The position numbers and the translations under genes are program-made. 64,000 nucleotides of DNA from Phoronis australis. Its lineage: Eukaryota; Animalia; Phoronida. The stretch covers positions 566,438 through 630,437 of the forward strand of contig NMRA01000127.1 in the NCBI GenBank assembly GCA_002633005.1, given 5' to 3'. The stretch's first letter is position 1. The number at the start of each line of letters is the position of its first letter. The notes beneath the pieces are model-generated. The model was given only the letters and a program-made list of their open reading frames with translations, was not told the DNA's origin and did not search any database. Positions 62,501-64,000 of this stretch are shown in pieces.

Positions 62501-62760
62501 ACAAGTGGTCCAAAACACAAAAAAGATGATTTTGACTGCAGGTTTTGTCTGAAATTGGCATAGGTTTTCATTGGTGTAATCTTGTGCGTCTTCTGCGTGA
62601 ATCTTCTGAAAAAATGGATTTTCAGTCTTTGCATGAATGGCAGAAGAAATTTCATCGTTTTATGTGCCTATCTTGTTTTTTCAGACAATTGACGATGATA
62701 GGCAGCACGACTGGTACAAAGAGATGTTTAAGTCACTACATAAAACTGAGAAACCCGAGG
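10225..62760 (+). CDS. SORBS: Multi-exon PDZ + SoHo adaptor gene (SORBS/CAP/vinexin family with N-terminal synaptopodin-2/PDLIM-type PDZ); 3' end, presumably SH3 exons, outside the window
   Basis: Phase-consistent GT-AG exon chain read by hand: 10225-10317, 42481-42635, 44008-44090, 44430-44648, 46615-46692, 47768-47914, 49666-49764 (or -50052), 51737-51799, 54974-55051, 55463-55644, 56615-56739, 57333-57421, (58828-58857), 60559-60758, 62685-62760. The frame is open throughout. SoHo signature [17 protein letters not shown]|[19 protein letters not shown] and PDZ signature [12 protein letters not shown]. Linkage of PDZ and SoHo exons in one mRNA is inferred. Confidence 0.85.
10956..11063. mobile_element. 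Small palindromic MITE (family A)
   Basis: Ends tagtcggataatgga and tccattatatccgacta, internal arms gagaaccag and ctggttctc. Same family as 54742-54840. Confidence 0.75.
17467..17911. mobile_element. PIF/Harbinger-type MITE with TAA target duplication, containing a (CA)n microsatellite
   Basis: TIRs agtccggtccacacacag and ctgtgtgtggacggcact, with TAA at 17464-17466 and 17912-17914. The empty site tgtcaatctaattg occurs in the adjacent tandem unit near 17296. Confidence 0.8.
17528..17575. repeat. (CA)n microsatellite
   Basis: About 24 uninterrupted CA units. Confidence 0.97.
22510..22737. mobile_element. hAT-like MITE
   Basis: Ends cagtggcagattta and taggtccgcctctg with GC-rich subterminal G/C runs. 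No conserved 8-bp TSD. Confidence 0.55.
25424..25660. mobile_element. About 240-bp dispersed TIR repeat (family B); other copies at ~23520-23680, ~59268-59512 and inverted at ~31495-31590
   Basis: Shared blocks ctccacttatt..., ttttcaaagactgatta, tttgtNNagaaatttRa.aaa..agaattt and aaataagtgaNNNatta. The termini are roughly inverted. Confidence 0.7.
29067..29122. repeat. Short 22-bp tandem repeat containing five TGTTTAC motifs
   Basis: TGTTTAC at 29068, 29082, 29090, 29104 and 29112. Confidence 0.8.
37973..38646. other. Probable assembly artefact: 37973-38313 duplicated at 38315-38646 across N38314
   Basis: Near-identical copies abut a single N. ORFs 37939..38169 and 38281..38511 are duplicates. 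Confidence 0.85.
42481..42635 (+). CDS. Exon 2: PDZ C-half, [51 protein letters not shown]
   Basis: ttacttttag| acceptor, phase-0 start matches exon 1, GA|gtgagt donor (phase 2). Canonical PDZ GL..GD.I..ING and H.EA...IK motifs. Confidence 0.95.
44008..44090 (+). CDS. Exon 3: linker (E)[27 protein letters not shown]
   Basis: Polypyrimidine tttttcctcattttcag| acceptor, phase-2 start matches exon 2, G|gtgggt donor (phase 1). Confidence 0.8.
44430..44648 (+). CDS. Exon 4: Pro-rich segment with repeated W-x-P ([72 protein letters not shown])
   Basis: acacag| acceptor, G|gtcagt donor, phase 1-1, 219 nt. Coincides with ORF 44435..44758. Confidence 0.75.
46318..46445. repeat. Dispersed repeat family C; other copies at ~14808-14915 and ~16915-17035
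   Basis: Shared ctgtagtc.acaaacat...gacaattttggc.attatttttgtt...gaggaaac blocks. Confidence 0.65.
46615..46692 (+). CDS. Exon 5: (G)[25 protein letters not shown]
   Basis: gtttag| acceptor, strong CAG|gtgagt donor, phase 1-1, 78 nt, GC-rich relative to the intron. Confidence 0.75.
47768..47914 (+). CDS. Exon 6: (V)[48 protein letters not shown]
   Basis: ttttcgcacag|tag NAGNAG acceptor, G|gtaaca donor, phase 1-1, 147 nt, CpG-rich coding-like composition. Confidence 0.7.
49666..50096 (+). CDS. Exon 7: synaptopodin/myozenin-like motif plus Pro-rich tail. Internal donors after 49764 (AAG|gtcagt) or 50052 (AAG|gtattc), or read-through to the stop at 50094-50096 (...EKHDV*)
   Basis: tgtatgttag| acceptor (phase 1). 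ORF 49659..50096 has coding-like composition to its stop. Both internal donors keep phase 1. AATAAA at 50241 and 50588. Confidence 0.8.
51737..51799 (+). CDS. Exon 8: (V)[20 protein letters not shown]
   Basis: gctttcag| acceptor, consensus CAG|gtgagt donor, phase 1-1, 63 nt, open frame. Confidence 0.6.
54742..54840. mobile_element. Small palindromic MITE (family A)
   Basis: TIRs tagtctgatataacgtgcc and ggcacgttatatcaggcta, internal gagaaccagttt...ggttctcaaaat. Degenerate relatives at ~15430-15480, ~36160-36255 and ~40440-40490. Confidence 0.78.
54974..55051 (+). CDS. Exon 9: (A)[25 protein letters not shown]
   Basis: Long pyrimidine tract plus ctgtag| acceptor, G|gtaaga donor, phase 1-1, 78 nt. 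Confidence 0.8.
55463..55644 (+). CDS. Exon 10: (G)[60 protein letters not shown]
   Basis: atctttag| acceptor (phase 1), AAG|gtaatg donor (phase 0). Matches ORF 55465..55761. Confidence 0.82.
55662..55912. mobile_element. hAT/P-like MITE
   Basis: Perfect 12-bp TIRs cagggcttggaa and ttccaagccctg, direct repeat tttgtt on both sides, internal ttccgcg subrepeats. Confidence 0.82.
56615..56739 (+). CDS. Exon 11: [41 protein letters not shown]
   Basis: ctgtttcag| acceptor (phase 0), CAG|gtaaaa donor (phase 2). Pro/Ser-rich open frame. Confidence 0.8.
57333..57421 (+). CDS. Exon 12: (S)[29 protein letters not shown], start of the pre-SoHo motif
   Basis: ctaattgcag| acceptor (phase 2) matches exon 11, G|gtgaga donor (phase 1). 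PTVTLLQK.R|.GEIPKGA.Y resembles the pre-SoHo motif I recall from arthropod CAP proteins. Confidence 0.85.
58828..58857 (+). CDS. Candidate 30-nt micro-exon (D)DVPSPPSYI with a PPxY motif
   Basis: atttcag| acceptor, G|gtaaga donor, phase 1-1, frame-preserving. Confidence 0.6.
58899..59210. mobile_element. Possible Kolobok/TTAA-type MITE
   Basis: ttaaagtgacttg and caagtcactttttaa short inverted termini with TTAA-like flanks. The TIR is short, so this is tentative. Confidence 0.4.
60559..60758 (+). CDS. SORBS: Exon containing the SoHo N-half: (A)[66 protein letters not shown]
   Basis: cacacag| acceptor (phase 1), TCT|gtaagt donor (phase 0). Y.GIGPV.E.G.P...R is the Sorbin-homology signature. 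Confidence 0.93.
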
Positions 62761-63970
62761 GTAAGCGCCGCCAAATTTTGTACAACAGGCATTATTGATC
62801 ACAAATAGATATTCCACGCGTGGTGCCTTTTCTTCCAGAATGTGTTTGCGAGTAGTTCCACTCGTGTGATNGCAAATAAGTTGCTTCGCAATTTATGTTT
62901 GTGTTACCAAAAAGTTGCCACTGTAGGGCAATTATTGAATGCACTGTGCACTGGAAGTGATACTAACTTGGTGTTGTTTAAAGATGCCCTTTCATACATG
63001 TTCACTAGTTTTGGTTACAGAAAGAGTTTTGGCAATTGAAACTCATTACTAAAATAGAAACATTACGTAAATTACTGTCCTACTTTTATTTGCATTTTTG
63101 CGGGCTTTTCAGAAAAGAGGTTTTCAATGCCGTGAAACTGTGACGGCCATTTTGTTGCTGCACCACCAAAAATTATTCAAAAAAAGATGTACTTAATTCA
63201 GGTTATTCTGATAACATTTGATTACGCCTTGAAAGATTGTTTAAACTGGATTGATTTGCAGTCAAGATTGCTTTAATGTGAACTTTTTAAGTGACCGAAA
63301 AGAAGCGTAAAGAAAACCTATAGTGTTAATGCCCTGGAAAATATTACCATTAATTATTAAGGAGCTATAAATCTTACTCGCTAAATTGCAGTGAAAAAAT
63401 TACCCTAATTGATCAACATCCTCAGAACTTCATTTTTGAGAGATGTGTGAAACAAAACTCTACAAAGACATTCGGCCACACTACACTAAATTGTAGTCTT
63501 TCCACCCTTTGCAGTAATACCCTTTTTCTTTTCATTGTTTACAACTTTAACCTTTTTGTTGCACAGTTTACTTTTTGCTATGAAACTCAAAAATTCACTA
63601 CCTTTTACCAAACAGCTGGCAAAGCAAACCTCAGTGTGTGTTCATACTGTACAATCATCAGGGTTTTGAATTGTTAGCATTGGCTCTAATTTGTCTTGCG
63701 AATATCGCGTTTTTTATATCAAACGCCTCTGCTTATTTTTAAGCAAACTTTTGCAGATTATTCCAGGATTGTGTTTATGGTGTTTAAATGTAATTCTTTA
63801 AAATGTGTGCCCTAAAGAGTCTTCAATTTCACATACAGTATATATCAGGAAAGTGAAAAGCTCACTTGGCCAAATTCCTTGCCAAAGTAGATCTCAAAAA
63901 GATGATTTTCATCGTTAGTTTTTATAAGTAGCATAAGTTTTTACTGCACAGCTATCGTCAAACAAGCGGT
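61408..63970. other. Probable assembly artefact: 61408-62509 duplicated at 62872-63970 after N62871
   Basis: About 1.1-kb near-identical copy starting immediately after the N. ORFs 61944..62216 and 63447..63677 are duplicates. Confidence 0.85.
62685..62760 (+). CDS. SORBS: Exon containing the SoHo C-half: [25 protein letters not shown]
   Basis: ttgttttttcag| acceptor (phase 0), G|gtaagc donor. DWYK.MFK..H is the SoHo core. Confidence 0.95.
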
Positions 63971-64000
63971 AAAGTGTTTTTTGTCAATTAACCGTCCAAA

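Noticed and set aside
1-64000. Most short ORFs in the six-frame track as standalone genes
   Set aside because: Typical random ORFs in AT-rich intronic or repeat DNA, many starting at GTG/TTG and lacking domains. Only those overlapping the listed exons are supported.

Overview
This is AT-rich, intron-rich animal genomic DNA that looks invertebrate. It is probably a heterozygous draft assembly, because three single-N joins each have duplicated flanks. No prokaryotic genes, CRISPR arrays, rRNA or tRNA were seen. The main feature is a large plus-strand multi-exon gene (ATG 10225, continuing past the window end) that the ORF track mostly misses. I assembled it by hand from GT-AG sites and exon phases. 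It has an N-terminal synaptopodin-2/PDLIM-type PDZ domain split by a 32-kb intron, then six phase-1 Pro-rich exons, one carrying a synaptopodin/myozenin-like '[14 protein letters not shown]' motif. These are followed by a candidate 30-nt PPxY micro-exon and a Sorbin-homology (SoHo) domain of the SORBS/CAP/vinexin family; the SH3 exons would lie beyond the window. The most interesting observation is this apparent synaptopodin-like plus SORBS architecture in one locus, with a possible early terminal exon giving a SoHo-less short form. About 0.5 kb upstream and head-to-head is a spliced minus-strand unit with intact-looking splice sites but stop- and frameshift-broken frames (pseudogene or lncRNA), a uORF, and competing hairpins over its AUG. 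Introns hold several MITE families, one apparently polymorphic between haplotypes. All homology calls are from motif recognition and memory, not database searches.
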